Positions 1-11,477 of a stretch of 64,000 nucleotides of DNA are shown here, one piece after another. Within the stretch, counting starts at the first letter, position 1. Each line of letters starts with the position of its first letter. Origin of the DNA: Octopus sinensis (lineage: Eukaryota); assembly GCF_006345805.1 (NCBI RefSeq), contig NC_042998.1, forward strand, positions 196,292,001-196,356,000, read 5' to 3'. The notes beneath the pieces are model-generated. The model did not search any database. It saw nothing but the letters and a program-made list of their open reading frames with translations, and was not told the DNA's origin. Both the position numbers and the translations under genes were made by a program.

Positions 1-64
1 TTTCGGGTCTTGTGCCTAGAGTAGAATTATTATTAGTATCATTATTATTATTATTATTATTATT

Positions 65-920
65 GAGTGAGAGAGCAGTTCATGCCATCAAAGTGACACT
101 GGGGTAAAATATACGAAGCCCAATATACCCATCATGACTACCTGTCTGATAAGGGTACACCAGGCACATGCATCACAACCATATGTGTGCGACATGGTGA
201 TCTCATATCAAGATAAACAGCACATGACCTTGCAGGTGGGGGCCCAGTTAGAATTTTCTTCAGGTCGAGTAACCCATCACGCTCAAAAGGTCCCTGAATA
301 AGGGTTGTTTAAGGATGTTGAAAGAACCACCCATGTTTCCAGAGGTGAATTATTCAAACCCCAAAGAATCCCTCTCAACACATGGCTATGATACTCCCCT
401 TATTCAAATCCCAAAGAATCCCTCTCAACACATGGCTATGATGCTCCCCTTATTCAAACCCCAAAGAATCCCTCTCAACACATGGATATGATGCTCCCCT
501 TATTCAAACCCCAAAGAATCCCTCTCAACATATGGCTATGATGCTCCCCTTATTCAAACCCCAAAGAATCCCTCTCAACACATGGCTATGATGCTCCCTA
601 TGATGTTTAAGGATGTTGAAAGAACCACCCATGTTTCCAGAGGTGAATTATTCAAACCCCAAAGAATCCTTCTCAACACATGGCTATGATGCTCCCCCAC
701 TACTTCTGCTCGTGATCAGAGATGCACATATCGTCAGCCACTAAGGGACATGCTTAGTTGGTTACGGTCAAACAACTGACAAGCAAATATGTGGTACTGA
801 GCAGAATATTTGCTGTAGCCCATCTTTTATACCAAGACAAAACAATGTACATGATAACACTTCCAATCAGTTAAGATCAGAAACCATCAGAGCCACTGCC
901 TGGTACTGCATCAGGGCATT
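65..920 (-). mobile_element. Non-autonomous (AAT)n-tailed retroposon with internal tandem duplication
   Basis: Ends ctctctcactc(AAT)n on minus; same family at 49263-49453 and 49484-49939 on plus; no ORF. Confidence 0.8.
351..700. repeat. 50-bp tandem repeat (5 units) plus a ~95-bp duplication inside the retroposon
   Basis: tattcaaaccccaaagaatccctctcaacacatggctatgatgctcccct starts at 351, 401, 451, 501 and 551; 605-700 repeats 307-400. Confidence 0.95.
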
Positions 921-1152
921 ATTATCATCATCGTCATCATCATCATCATCAAGGTGATGGATTAATAGAATCATTCGAGCGTCGGAAAAAATGTTATGTT
1001 TATTATTTGGCTGTTTAGACTTAAATCGTTTTTAGTTGGCGTATTTTGCCTGTTTTCTACAAATGGTCACATGACCAAACCCTTTTCGTGCCGATTGGAT
1101 GTTTTAAGTTATCCAGTCAGATCAGCAAAAGTTTAGTGTGTTTTGAGCTTAC

Positions 1153-1229
1153 CCGTAGCTATAAATAGGGAATTTCCGCCATGCATTCTCAGGAAGGAGA
1201 GAATTGTTAACAGAAATCTTTGACGCCAT
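1153..1229 (-). CDS. Candidate first coding exon of an unidentified gene running off the left end (MASKISVNNSLLPENAWRKFPIYSYG)
   Basis: Minus strand aaacATGGCG Kozak context, open 77 nt, ending CGG|gtaagc (phase 2), in CpG-rich unique sequence. Family not recognised. Confidence 0.45.
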
Positions 1230-1298
1230 GTTTTGTGTTTTTCTTACGAGCATCATCATGCACAAGCTGCACGAGGAAACCATGTATTTTTGTTAACA

Positions 1299-1461
1299 GG
1301 CGCAGGAGTGGCTGTGTGGTAAGTAGCTTGCTTACAAACCACATGGTTCCGGGTTCAGTTTCACTTCGTGGCATCTTGGGCAAGTATCTTCTACTATAGC
1401 CTCAGGCCAACCAAAGCCTTGTGAGTGGATTTGGTAGACGGAAACTGAAAGAAGCCCGTCG

Positions 1462-1518
<57 letters not shown>

Positions 1519-1945
1519 TATATTAAATTAGAGATAAAACCACTATTAGGTAAATCAAACATGTGAAAATTATAAGCCAATACATAGAAATAAAATTAAT
1601 TAGAAAATATAAAAAATATAAAATATAAAATATAAAAGTCCAATTAAAATATTTAAATTAAAGTTAAAATTTGAAAAAATTATTTAAATTAAAAATTAAA
1701 CTTATAGATTTTAAATATATATATATTATTTTATTTATTTATATATATATTTATATGTATGTGTGTGTATATGTTGGTGTGTCTATGTTTACGTCCCCGT
1801 AACTTAGCGGTTCGGCAAAAGAGACCGATAGAATAAGTACTAGGCTTACAAAGAATAAGTCCTGGGGTCGATTTGCTCGACTAAAGGCGTTGCTCCAGCA
1901 TGGCCGCAGTCAAATGACTGAAACAAGTAAAAGAGTAAAGAGAGA
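1299..1945 (+). mobile_element. tRNA-derived SINE family A (representative copy, AT-rich insertion in the centre)
   Basis: Head ggcgcaggagtggctgtgtggtaag...ggttccgggttcagt, central (TA)/(TG) tract, tail ...aaatgactgaaacaagtaaaaga. Other copies near 13458, 15290, 23210-24070, 33680, 35757, 38975, 39820, 43180, 45755, 56815, 57430 and 63010. Confidence 0.85.
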
Positions 1946-2491
1946 GAATTATTCATTTTGTACCAGTTTGCTGTATCTTCTGTTAGCTGAGAAATAAATA
2001 TGGCCGTCAATTTTAACCTGTGTCCTTGTTTTTCTTGACACTCCTCATCATGACCCGTTTAAAACTAAGAGATTATAAGATTACCAGGGCCGTAGCCACA
2101 TCACCTTTTCACTCGCTAAACACTATTTGTTCTGGATCATAACTTTGTATGTTCAAATCCCATCTGTATGGAAATGCTTACCCTTTCAAAATGGCAGCTC
2201 GTCATATAAAAGAAGGCTCGACTGCTTTTTGTAGCAGTTCGGTCCCTCAACATGTTGGCTCTATTGTTGTTGTGTCTGCCTGCGTGGATGGACTTTATTG
2301 TGTTGTCTGCTACGAACTTCATTCGGTTTTAATTCTGTTTATTAAAACACTCGAAAGGTAATCTCTGACTGGAGAGTTTCCTGTTGAAAGAAGGTCAAGT
2401 TGATAGCGGTGGCTTTTATCTCAAACAATCGTCTCGAAATACAATGTTTAGCTACTGAACAACAACAACGACAACAACAACAACAACAACG

Positions 2492-2523
<32 letters not shown>

Positions 2524-2991
2524 CACCACCACTACTACTACTACTATTACTACAACAGTAGCAACAATAACAACAGCGGCAGCAACATGGATAACGGCAC
2601 CAGCAGCCACAACAGCAGCAGTAGTAGCAGCGGTCGTAAGTAAGGAAACAGAACATGGCGAAATAGTTTAATTATAAATAATAAACAGGTGAGTTTTCTT
2701 TGCACGTAACATATCTTAGATGGAGGGGGGGATTTGATTACAGGTGTGTTAAATAGCGTCGTCATTTTCTTACGTTTCACTCAGAATTTTGTAAACAAAT
2801 GTCTCTTTATTTTCGATTATAAGCGTAAGAAAAAAAATCATCGTCGTACTTTCGGTCTCTGAACGTAAAATGGCTGACAAGATAGTAGAAAATGAATTGA
2901 TTTGCTGGTCGGAACACCGTGTTTGATTTTGAAAAGCATCATATACTTCCAAGTACGTTGACGGCTGATGGCATGCGTTGCTCTTTCACTC

Positions 2992-3032
<41 letters not shown>

Positions 3033-3074
3033 GCTACCGTAGTATATCTTCAGCGTTAGGAGCTGTGCAAAGGC
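3033..3074 (+). mobile_element. Extreme 3' fragment of the R4/Dong-type element C family inside an (AAT)n tract
   Basis: ccgtagtatatcttcagcgttaggagctgtgcaaaggc(aat) matches the 3' end of the element at 8053-8753 (reverse complement). Confidence 0.7.
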
Positions 3075-3387
3075 AATAATAATGATGAGGAGGAGGAGGA
3101 GGAGGAGGAGGAGAAGGAGAAGAAGAAGAAGAAGAAGAAGAAGAAGAAGAAGAAGAAGAGGGAGTGGGGAGGGGGGAGGGGAGGGGAGGAGGAGGAGGAG
3201 GAGGAGGAGAAGACGAAGAAGAAAAAGAAGAAGAAGAAGAAGAAGAAGAAGAAGCTAATACTATGTCTTACGCTTTCGTGTTAGCAGTGCGATTCAGTCA
3301 CTTTTCAGTTTATCTCTACAGGTATTCTATAGTTTTTAGAGCCAGCACTGAAAGTTCCGACGTTTCATATACGAACACGTCCATGTA

Positions 3388-4277
3388 CGTGGTCTGATCA
3401 ATAAGTATCTAGACTGTTGCCATAGTAACGAAGCTAAAGCACGCAGAGGGAAGCTGCTTGGCACAGATTGACCTTGAACTCTGCTGTGCATGCTCACTAA
3501 GTTCTAACGTTCTCAGCTCACTTCCGCTGTTTACAGCAGTGCTTGGAAGAAAGGTGTGTAGCGCGTGATCTCTGCATTAATCATCACAGAGAAAGTTGAG
3601 CAAAGAATCTGCAGCAAATTTCGCCAAAAGCTTGGCGATACCTACTCAGAGACCTACGCAAAGTTTTCAGAAAGTTTCCCTCGTTCTCGACATAGTCAAA
3701 GAGATCTTGTACAACTGAAACCCGAGTGTCTTTTGGGTCAGCTGAAAGCAGTTTTGGCACAAACTTAGCAGACACTCGTCTCATACCCAAATCTTCAGTG
3801 ATAATGGACTGAACTGAACCGTGACTAATCTGCACATCCTCTCATAACCCATGGATGGTGATTCGACGGTTTCCCTTCACAGCTGCATGCACATCTACCA
3901 TGTTTTTCTCACTTCTGCTGATTGCGGGTCTCCCAGAACCTTCGTCTCTATCGATATTTTTCGGCCATCTTAGAAACGTCTGAACCCCTCGTACATTTGT
4001 GTGCAGCTCATGCACTCCCCTCCATACACTTTCTGCAACTTTGCGCAGGCCTCTGAGCAGGTATCGCCATGACAACTTTCTCTGTCATGGTCAATGCGAC
4101 GATCACACGCTACACACCTTCCTTCTAAGTTGTAAGCAGCAGAAATGAGCTAGATCGTTAAAACTTAGTGCGCATGCACAGCAGAGTTCAAGGTTAATCT
4201 TTGCCAAGCGGCTTCACTCTGTCTGCTTTAGCTTCATTACTATGACAACAGTCCAGATACATATTCATCAGACCGCA
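3388..4277. mobile_element. Rearranged mariner-like DNA transposon with two inverted 5' ends and TA target duplication
   Basis: TA at 3386-87 and 4278-79. Transposase N-terminus on plus (TEKVEQRICSKFRQKLGDT) and on minus (SGRP...RRITIHGL; LGMRRVSAKFVPKLL). No DDD catalytic domain. Confidence 0.85.
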
Positions 4278-5020
4278 TAAATATTGCAATAAAAGAGAGA
4301 AAAATTGCCAACGGGTGTTTATACATATTTCGGGAGTTCTTGAGTTCTGAAGAAAGAGCAAGCACTCCTGAAATATGTATATACACTCATTACTAACTTT
4401 TTCTATCTTCGATCGCAATATTTACATAGATGTGTTCGTATACGAAACATTGTAACTTTCATTGCTGACTCTAATTTCCATAGAAAGCCTATAGAGATAA
4501 ATTTAAAATAAATTGAATGGCTTAGAAGTGAGACTCCGATCTGTCAAGATCGCTAGAACTCATGCGGCTGAAGCTTAAACTAGTTTCCATAGTTTATAAG
4601 TGAATGAGATCGCAACACCTCCATCCCTGGACGGGACGCGAGTCCATCGCAGGTTTAACTCCCCCAACTATTGCTGGGACCTGTTTACGGCTGAGTATTA
4701 ACGCTATGGAAACTAGATTAAGCTCCAGCCTCATGAGTTCTAGCGATCTTGACAGATCGGAGTCTCACTTCTAAGCCATTCAATTTATTTTAAAATTATC
4801 TCTATAGGCTTTCTATGGAAATTAGAGACAGCAATGAAAGTTATGACTCTTCGTATACGAACACATCTATGTAAATATTGCGATCGGAGATAGAAAAGTT
4901 AGTAATGAGTGTATATACATATTTCTGGAGTGCTTGCACTTTCTTCAGAACTCAAGAACTCCCGAAATATGTATAAACACCCATTACCAATTTTTCTCTC
5001 TTTTATCGCAATATTTACGC
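4275..5020. mobile_element. Foldback/MITE-like element with ~318-bp inverted arms and 111-bp spacer
   Basis: 4275-4592 is the reverse complement of 4704-5020 with scattered mismatches; the left part continues at about 3300-3387, beyond the mariner insertion. Confidence 0.85.
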
Positions 5021-5034
5021 CATCAACTTGACCT

Positions 5035-6500
5035 ATCAGTAAGCAGGTGTTTTTTCCTCAGTCCTTGACTATTATGTCCGGACGATTAGCTTTTATTTCT
5101 TTGTCGGTTTGAACCGGCCTATCCCAGATGATTGTGGCCTGGTCGTTCTCTTGTACCTTGTTTGGCACATGTTTGTACCACCTGTTGTTAGTTTTAATGT
5201 TCTAATGTTGACATGTTGTCCAGTGTATATATCTGCTTACTCGGTTGTGCCTGTATACATATTCAGACCTGGCAAGGACTGGGCAGCCCGAGATCACGAG
5301 GTCAACTGTCTCATTGTGCTGGTTGCACATTCTATATTTGGTGTTGAGGCCTATTTTCATTATTTTGCTTTTATAACTGTTTGCAGTCAGGCATTGGTCT
5401 TGTGCAGCGAGGGTCAGTCCTTCGTTTCAGCTTTTAGGCCAGAGCTTTCGAGCCATTGTTGGCTTTTACTTAGGCTCACTTCTTCTCTGTCAAGCTTTGC
5501 AGGGTATTGACCATGGAGTGATTTCTTTCTCTCCATTTCTTCTTCAGCATGGTTTGCAATTTTATTTTCATGTTTTTCTCTCCTTGACCATTTCTGCTAT
5601 GTTCTCATCCGAGATCAGTGTATCAGTGTAGTTTGTTTATGTTTTGTATCTTGTCGCTTCTTGTGTGTAGAGAAAAGCGTTTTCTTTTCCTCGTGTTGCT
5701 TTATTACATGCAGTAGTCTTCCATTCTTGGTTTTTAAGTACTTTCTTAGTCCAACTATAGTTATGTTATAGTAGTTTTCTATCTTTATCAGGCCATGACC
5801 TCCTTCTGAGCGGGGTAGATATATTCTGTCTGTATCTGCTTTAGGGTGATGACTTCGGTACGCTGTTAAAAGTTTTCTGGGGTTTTTTCTAAGTTTCTCA
5901 ATTCATTGATCTTCCAGTTCATTATGTTAAAACTGTAATTTATGACTGGCACGGTTAGTGTGTTTATCCCTATTATTTTGTTTTCAGCATTGAATTCAGT
6001 GTTTAATATTAGTCTAACTCTTCTGTAACACTCTCTCCTAATTTTCTCTTTCATTTCTGTGTGTTGTATTTTAGCTGTTTCTTCTCTTCCTAGATATTTG
6101 TATGGGCGACTGTGATCGAATGCTCTAATTTCTGAGTCTCTGCCGAGTGCAGTGTTTTCGGTGCTGATTAATTTGCCTCTTCTCAGTGTGACTTCGGCAC
6201 ATTTGTCCAACCCTGTGCTCATTCCGATGTCCTTGCTGAAACTATAGACAATTTTAAAAAGGTTCCTCTGTTCCATGGTGCATTTAGCGAGAATTTTTAG
6301 GTCATCCATGTACAGGAGATGGTTTATTGTTTGTCCATAGCGCGTATAACCTATGGTGGTTTCGTTTAACAAGTTTGTTAACGGGGTCAGAGAAAGGAAG
6401 AAAAGCAAGGTTGACAGTGAGTCTCCTTGGAAAATCCCCCTTCTTATGGATATAGGGTAGGTTTTAATGATTTGCGAATCATTTTTTAATAAAAACCAGT
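5035..6500 (-). mobile_element. R4/Dong-clade non-LTR retrotransposon fragment A (RT plus REL endonuclease), truncated at both ends
   Basis: RRGIFQGDSLS, NHLLYMDDLK and YKYLG in ORF 5866..6522; downstream RMC..HNETVD.VISGC knuckle, HNRV and ANRPDI motifs with stops. Confidence 0.88.
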
Positions 6501-6556
6501 ATAACATTAAAAAATTACTCACAAGTTATCCTTAATGTTATTGTTATTGTTGTTGT

Positions 6557-8024
6557 TTTACTTCTCAGAACGTTCGGTCTTGTTTGTTCTGGTAGATTCT
6601 GTGAGAGTAGACAACATCCTACCGTCAGAGGTCTCACAGAGTCCCTCTCTGCACATTATAAGCTTTGATACTTGATTGTTAATTATCGTGTGAGACATTC
6701 CAAATCCAAGCACCAATCTAAAAACCCTGGCTGTCCCTAGCAGAGCAGTTTTGGGGGTTTGCTCTGCTCTCATATCAATTCCGATTTCTTTGACATATTT
6801 CTCAAACTTGAGTGCCCCCACAATTACTGGAATGACAGATACTCTCCTCATAGTACACATTCTTGCAATATCGTCCTTTCGTAGTCTATACTTTTCAATT
6901 TTTTCTAATTCTTTTTCACTTATGTGTGCATTCCCAGGCGTTGCAATATCTATTATCTTGGTTTCCTTTTTGCTTTCATCTACAGCAACAATGTCTGGTC
7001 TCCGAGCCTTGATTAGGGAGTCACATTGGATTGTAAAATCTCACAGTATTTTATGCTCCTTGTTCTCGGTGACTCCTTCTGGATCATGTTCGTACCATTT
7101 CCGTGCTCTCTTCAGGCCGTGCTTGTCACATAACGTCCAGTGGATGACCTTATCCACGTTATTGTGCCTCCTTTTGAAGTGCTTTTGGGCCAGCTTGCTA
7201 AGCTCACTCACAATATGTCAGATTGTTTCATTTCTGCTGCCACAGTCCTATAAAGGGGTCTTTCGCTACTTTTATCCATTTGGAACTTGGTGTAATTTGT
7301 TCTCAGAGCTCTTTCCTGGGCGCTGCATATCAATGCCTCGGTGCGTCTTTCAGATCACTTTTTCTTAGCCATCTCCAACTGTTGATCTTGTCTTTTCCTT
7401 CAATTTCTCTCAAGTATTGCCCATGCGGTGGTTTCCTTTCCCAGTTGTTTACTCTTTCTTCATCTTGTTTCTTAAACGTTTTGGGGTGCATCACATTTTC
7501 TCTGGGTATTGTATTGTCAATTCTAACAGCGGCAAGCAAGGATTCACTCTGCTGTTTGATGTATCATCTCCCACTGTTCTTCTCGTTAACAACACAGATC
7601 TTGCATCCTATGAGACCTCTTCCTCCCCTGTTTCTAGGCACATACAGTCTGTCAGTATCCTCGTTTTGGGTTTAGTTCCTTGTTAATTGTCCTCCCTTTT
7701 CTAGTTTTCCTCTCCATTTCCTCAAGCTCGTTGTTCGTCCAACTAACAACACCTGCACCAAAACGCATTAAGGAAACATCCAATGTATTCATTGCCCTCA
7801 TTTTGTTTTATTCCATTGAGTCTACTTCCCATAATTAACTTGGTTCTTCTGAGATATACTTGCTTAATGAGATATTCTTGCCTAAAGCTTTCCTTCATTT
7901 CACTTTCCTTGATTTTGTCGTATTCTAAAATCCCCAGATATTTACATCCATTAGACTCAATATCTTTGATTTTCTCGCCATTGGGTAGCTTTACACCATC
8001 AGATGATACTACTTTGCCTCTTTG
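6557..8024 (-). mobile_element. R4/Dong-clade non-LTR fragment B (late RT to 3' end), degenerate
   Basis: CKYLGILEYDKIKE, DRLYVPRNRGGRGL, RRPDI and IPVIVGAL...KTALLGTAR; (AAC/AAT)n tail at about 6535-6560. Confidence 0.85.
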
Positions 8025-8052
8025 TATTATTATTATTATTATTATCATCATT

Positions 8053-8753
8053 GCCTTTGCACACCTTCAAACGCTGGAGATGTACTACAGTGTCAGCTGT
8101 TCACTACCAGTGAACTATGGTAACACCTCTTATTTTTCGAGCACCTTCCGGAGTATTCGAGTGGTTCCAAGCAGTGCTGTTTTCTGCAAGTTCTCCGTCC
8201 TTATTGCAGCCCCTATTTGTTCCATGTACTTCTCGAGATTTTTGCTCACTGTTCCCAGGGCTCCGACAATTATTGGTACTACTACCACCTTTTTCATTTA
8301 CTACAACTGCTTAACTTCCCAAGCTAACCTGTCATATCTATCGTCTTTTCTTTCTTTATCACATACCTTGTTGTCAGCTGGGCATGCTATATCTAAAAAC
8401 AAGCATCGTTTGTTTTCTTTCTCAATTAAGACTATGTCCACCTCTTATTCTCTATCTCATGGTCGCACTGAATCATAAAATCCCAATTCTATTTTCGACG
8501 ATGTCTTCAGGTTTATGGTCGTACCAATTTTTTTTGATCTGTCAAGTCCATACTTGTTGCAAAGTGTCCAATGGCGTCTCTTATACTCCTTCTGGGCTAG
8601 TGGCGTACATTGGCTGGTAATACGCCATACGGTTTCACCATTTTGTCCGCAGATTCTGCACTTAATACTCTCTGTTTTCTCTATTCTGTATTTTATGTAG
8701 TTTGTTCAAAGTGCTTGCTCTTGGGCAGCACAGATTAGAGCTTCCGTTTCCGG
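8053..8753 (-). mobile_element. R4/Dong-clade non-LTR fragment C (REL domain and 3' end), 5' truncated
   Basis: IKCRICGQNGET, VVPIIVGALGTV and KTALLGTTRILRKVL on minus; (TAA)n at both junctions (8025-8052, 8754 onward). Confidence 0.85.
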
Positions 8754-8831
8754 TTATTATAATTATTATTATTATTAATATTTTTATTTTTATTATTATT
8801 ATTATTATATTAACATCATCATCACCATCAC

Positions 8832-8882
<51 letters not shown>

Positions 8883-8906
8883 TATTATTATTATTATTAT
8901 TATTAT

Positions 8907-8941
<35 letters not shown>

Positions 8942-8957
8942 TAGTAGTAGTAGTAGT

Positions 8958-9570
8958 GAGCTGGCAGAATCGTTAGTGCGACGAACAAATGCTTAGCGGT
9001 ATTTCGTCAGGCTGTTTACATTCTGAGTTCAAATTCCGCCGAGGTTCACTTTACCAATCGGGGTTGATGAAATAAGAACTAATTGAACTCGGAGGTCGAT
9101 GTAATCGACTAATCCCCACCCCACACCCACAAAATTTCAGGCCTTCTACCTGTATTCTACCTATATTATAAAGAATTATCATTCATATTGGCGGCGAGCT
9201 GGCAGAAATGTTAGCGCGCCGGGCGAAATGCTAAGCGGTATTTCGTCTGCCGCTACATTCTGACTTCAAATTCCACCGAGGTCGACTTTGCCTTTCATCC
9301 TTTCGGTGTCGATTAAATAAGTACTAGTTACACACTGGGGTCGATATAATCGACTTAATCCGTTTGTCCTTGTTTGTCCCCTCTTGTTTAGCCCCTTGTG
9401 GGTAGTAAAGAAATAGGTATTTCGTCAGGCTGTTTACATTCTGAGTTCAAATTTCGCCGAGGTCGACTTTACCTTTAATCCTTTCGGGGTCGATAAAATC
9501 AAGTACCAGTTATGTATTGGGGTCTATATTATCGACTAACTATCCCTTTCACCTATAAATTTCTGGCTTT
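8958..9570 (+). mobile_element. Cluster of tRNA-derived SINE family B copies
   Basis: gagctggcagaa.cgttagc...ttctgagttcaaattccgccgaggtcgactttgcctttcatcctttcggggtcga. Many further copies, e.g. 10340, 28396, 41250-41900, 46266, 50030-50720, 51240-51480, 53440-53660 and 57900. Confidence 0.85.
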
Positions 9571-9759
9571 CTGCCCCTCTTAGAAGTCGGGAGCGGAGGG
9601 GGAGATGATGGGGGGGGGGGGTGACGTCACTAAAATTAGGAGCAAGGTTTCATTTTCAGTGTTAAGAATCCCTGGTGTCCGGTCGATGATGTCCAGTTAT
9701 TGACCACTTCACAACCAATCATGATCAGAGCAATAAAGTTGCTTTAACAACCTTGATGT

Positions 9760-9990
9760 TGTTGGTGTTGTTGTCGTTGTTGTTGTTGGTGGTGGTGGAT
9801 GTGGATGGTGGTGGTGGTGATGGTGGTGGTAGTGGTGGTGGTGGTGGTGGTGGTGGTGGTGGTGGTGGTGGTGGTGGTGGTGGTGGTGGTGGTGGTGTGG
9901 TGTGGTGGTGGTGGTGGTGTGGTGGTGGTGGTGGTGATGGTGGTGGTGGTGGTGGTGGTGATGATGGTGGTGATGGGGGGGGGGGGTGAC
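9760..9990. repeat. (GTT)/(GGT)n microsatellite with poly-G end
   Basis: Direct reading; source of the poly-G/V/H ORFs in the track. Confidence 0.95.
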
Positions 9991-10137
9991 GTTGCTCGAC
10001 ATCATGTCAATCCAGATTGAGCAGACATATAATCAAAGGCATTCCAGGCGTGACAAACTCGTCTTTTTCCTTTCAATACAATACACCCAGGATCACATAT
10101 TTCACTTCGTGTGTGTTTGGGCGTGTATATGTTTGTA

Positions 10138-10177
<40 letters not shown>

Positions 10178-11017
10178 CGAAGTGGTTCGTGGGACAAAAA
10201 AAAATGGCCGAGAAATACTGGCCAAAATTAATTTCGAGACAATTTCTCTTCTGACTAAAGGGAGACAACTTCCAATAAACCTTCAATTCATTCGCATCGC
10301 CTGTTTCTTAAAATATTGTCATAAAGGCAAAAAATTCGAGGGAGTGGGGAGAAATCGATCACATCGATCCCCAGTGCATAACTGGTACTTATTTTATCGA
10401 CCCCGAAAGGATGAAAGGCAAAGAAGCCGCCTTTGCCTTTCGGCTTTTCGGGGTTCGTAAAATAAACTGGAGTGTGAACTGTTGCAGAAGACTTTGTCCA
10501 AAAGACCGCGCGGTGGAACGGAACCCGAAACCAGTCGACTACGAAAGGAACTTCTTGACAGCACAACCGTAACAAGTCCTGGGTTGATGTAATCAACCGT
10601 ATTCTCTCCCTCAAAACTTATGCTTTAATGTCAGACATCAATACACTCGCGTTACGGAAGCGCTACAGTCCTGAAAATCTTGCCGCAACATAGAATTCTG
10701 AGATGCGAAACATATTTTCCATGTAATAGGGAAGTCACTGAAATATATATTTCATGTTACGGAATTTTACGTTGCGGCTTTAAACGGTTCTGTAACACGA
10801 GGGATGCTTATTTTTATAATCTATCAAAGAATATTTTCAGATTTGTTGGCGGGAATCAGTCAAAGGGAAGTAACTCTGGTTCAATAATGCAGCAAAGCTT
10901 TTAACTTGATCTTTGAAAAGCAAAATGCAAATTTCGTGCTTCTTTCAGCTCTTGATGTTCTGAGTTCGAACTCCGCCCAAGTCGCATTTAACTTTCATTT
11001 TCCCGAACTACTTTCTC

Positions 11018-11079
11018 TTTTGAAAAATCATTGAATTTCATCGCTGATTTTAGCCATGAAATTGAATGATTTTTCAAAA
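11018..11079. other. Short near-perfect hairpin (24-bp arms, 14-nt loop)
   Basis: ttttgaaaaatcattgaatttcat / atgaaattgaatgatttttcaaaa, one mismatch. Confidence 0.8.
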
Positions 11080-11477
11080 TTAACAGATTGTCATAAAGTT
11101 TAATGCTTTAAAAAAGAGTAATTTATAACCGCTAATTTTATGCAGAAATATAAAAAACCTAGAATTGCTATAAAATAAAATAAATGAAAATCAAATCACA
11201 ACACCCAAGACTTCCAGAACCGGTTTTTCGGGATTAGATTTGTCAAAGCATTTGAGTAAACTCTGTCTTTACGTATTTATTGCATCTTTTCCTCTTTATG
11301 GTTCTTTTAATGTTCATTTTTCTATCCTGTTGTGTTTTATTCTATGTCCTTTTGATTTTTATTGCTGTCTCTCTTTACTTGACTTACGGTTACTTCCTGT
11401 CCCTTCTTTTAACCTTATCCGAAATGTTGTAGTGCACCTGAGCACTGAATAAGCTTATTATTATTATTAAATTATTT

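Noticed and set aside
351-600. CRISPR-like regular 50-bp repeats (also 16629-17520)
   Set aside because: Units are contiguous with no unique spacers, there are no cas genes, and the context is eukaryotic.
1160-1180. TATAAATA followed by GGGAATTTCC (NF-kB consensus) on plus
   Set aside because: Both lie inside the candidate minus-strand coding exon and are too close together for a normal core promoter; cannot be distinguished from chance.
1299-1380. tRNA-like sequence (A/B boxes) at SINE heads
   Set aside because: No complete cloverleaf; continuous with multi-copy SINE bodies.
2149-2361. 70-aa ORF (MAARHIKEG...) ending at an AAG|gtaatc donor
   Set aside because: No homology recognised; kept only as part of the promoter-zone finding.
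6751-8478. 205-, 150- and 231-aa plus-strand ORFs
   Set aside because: Antisense shadows of the minus-strand R4/Dong fragments.
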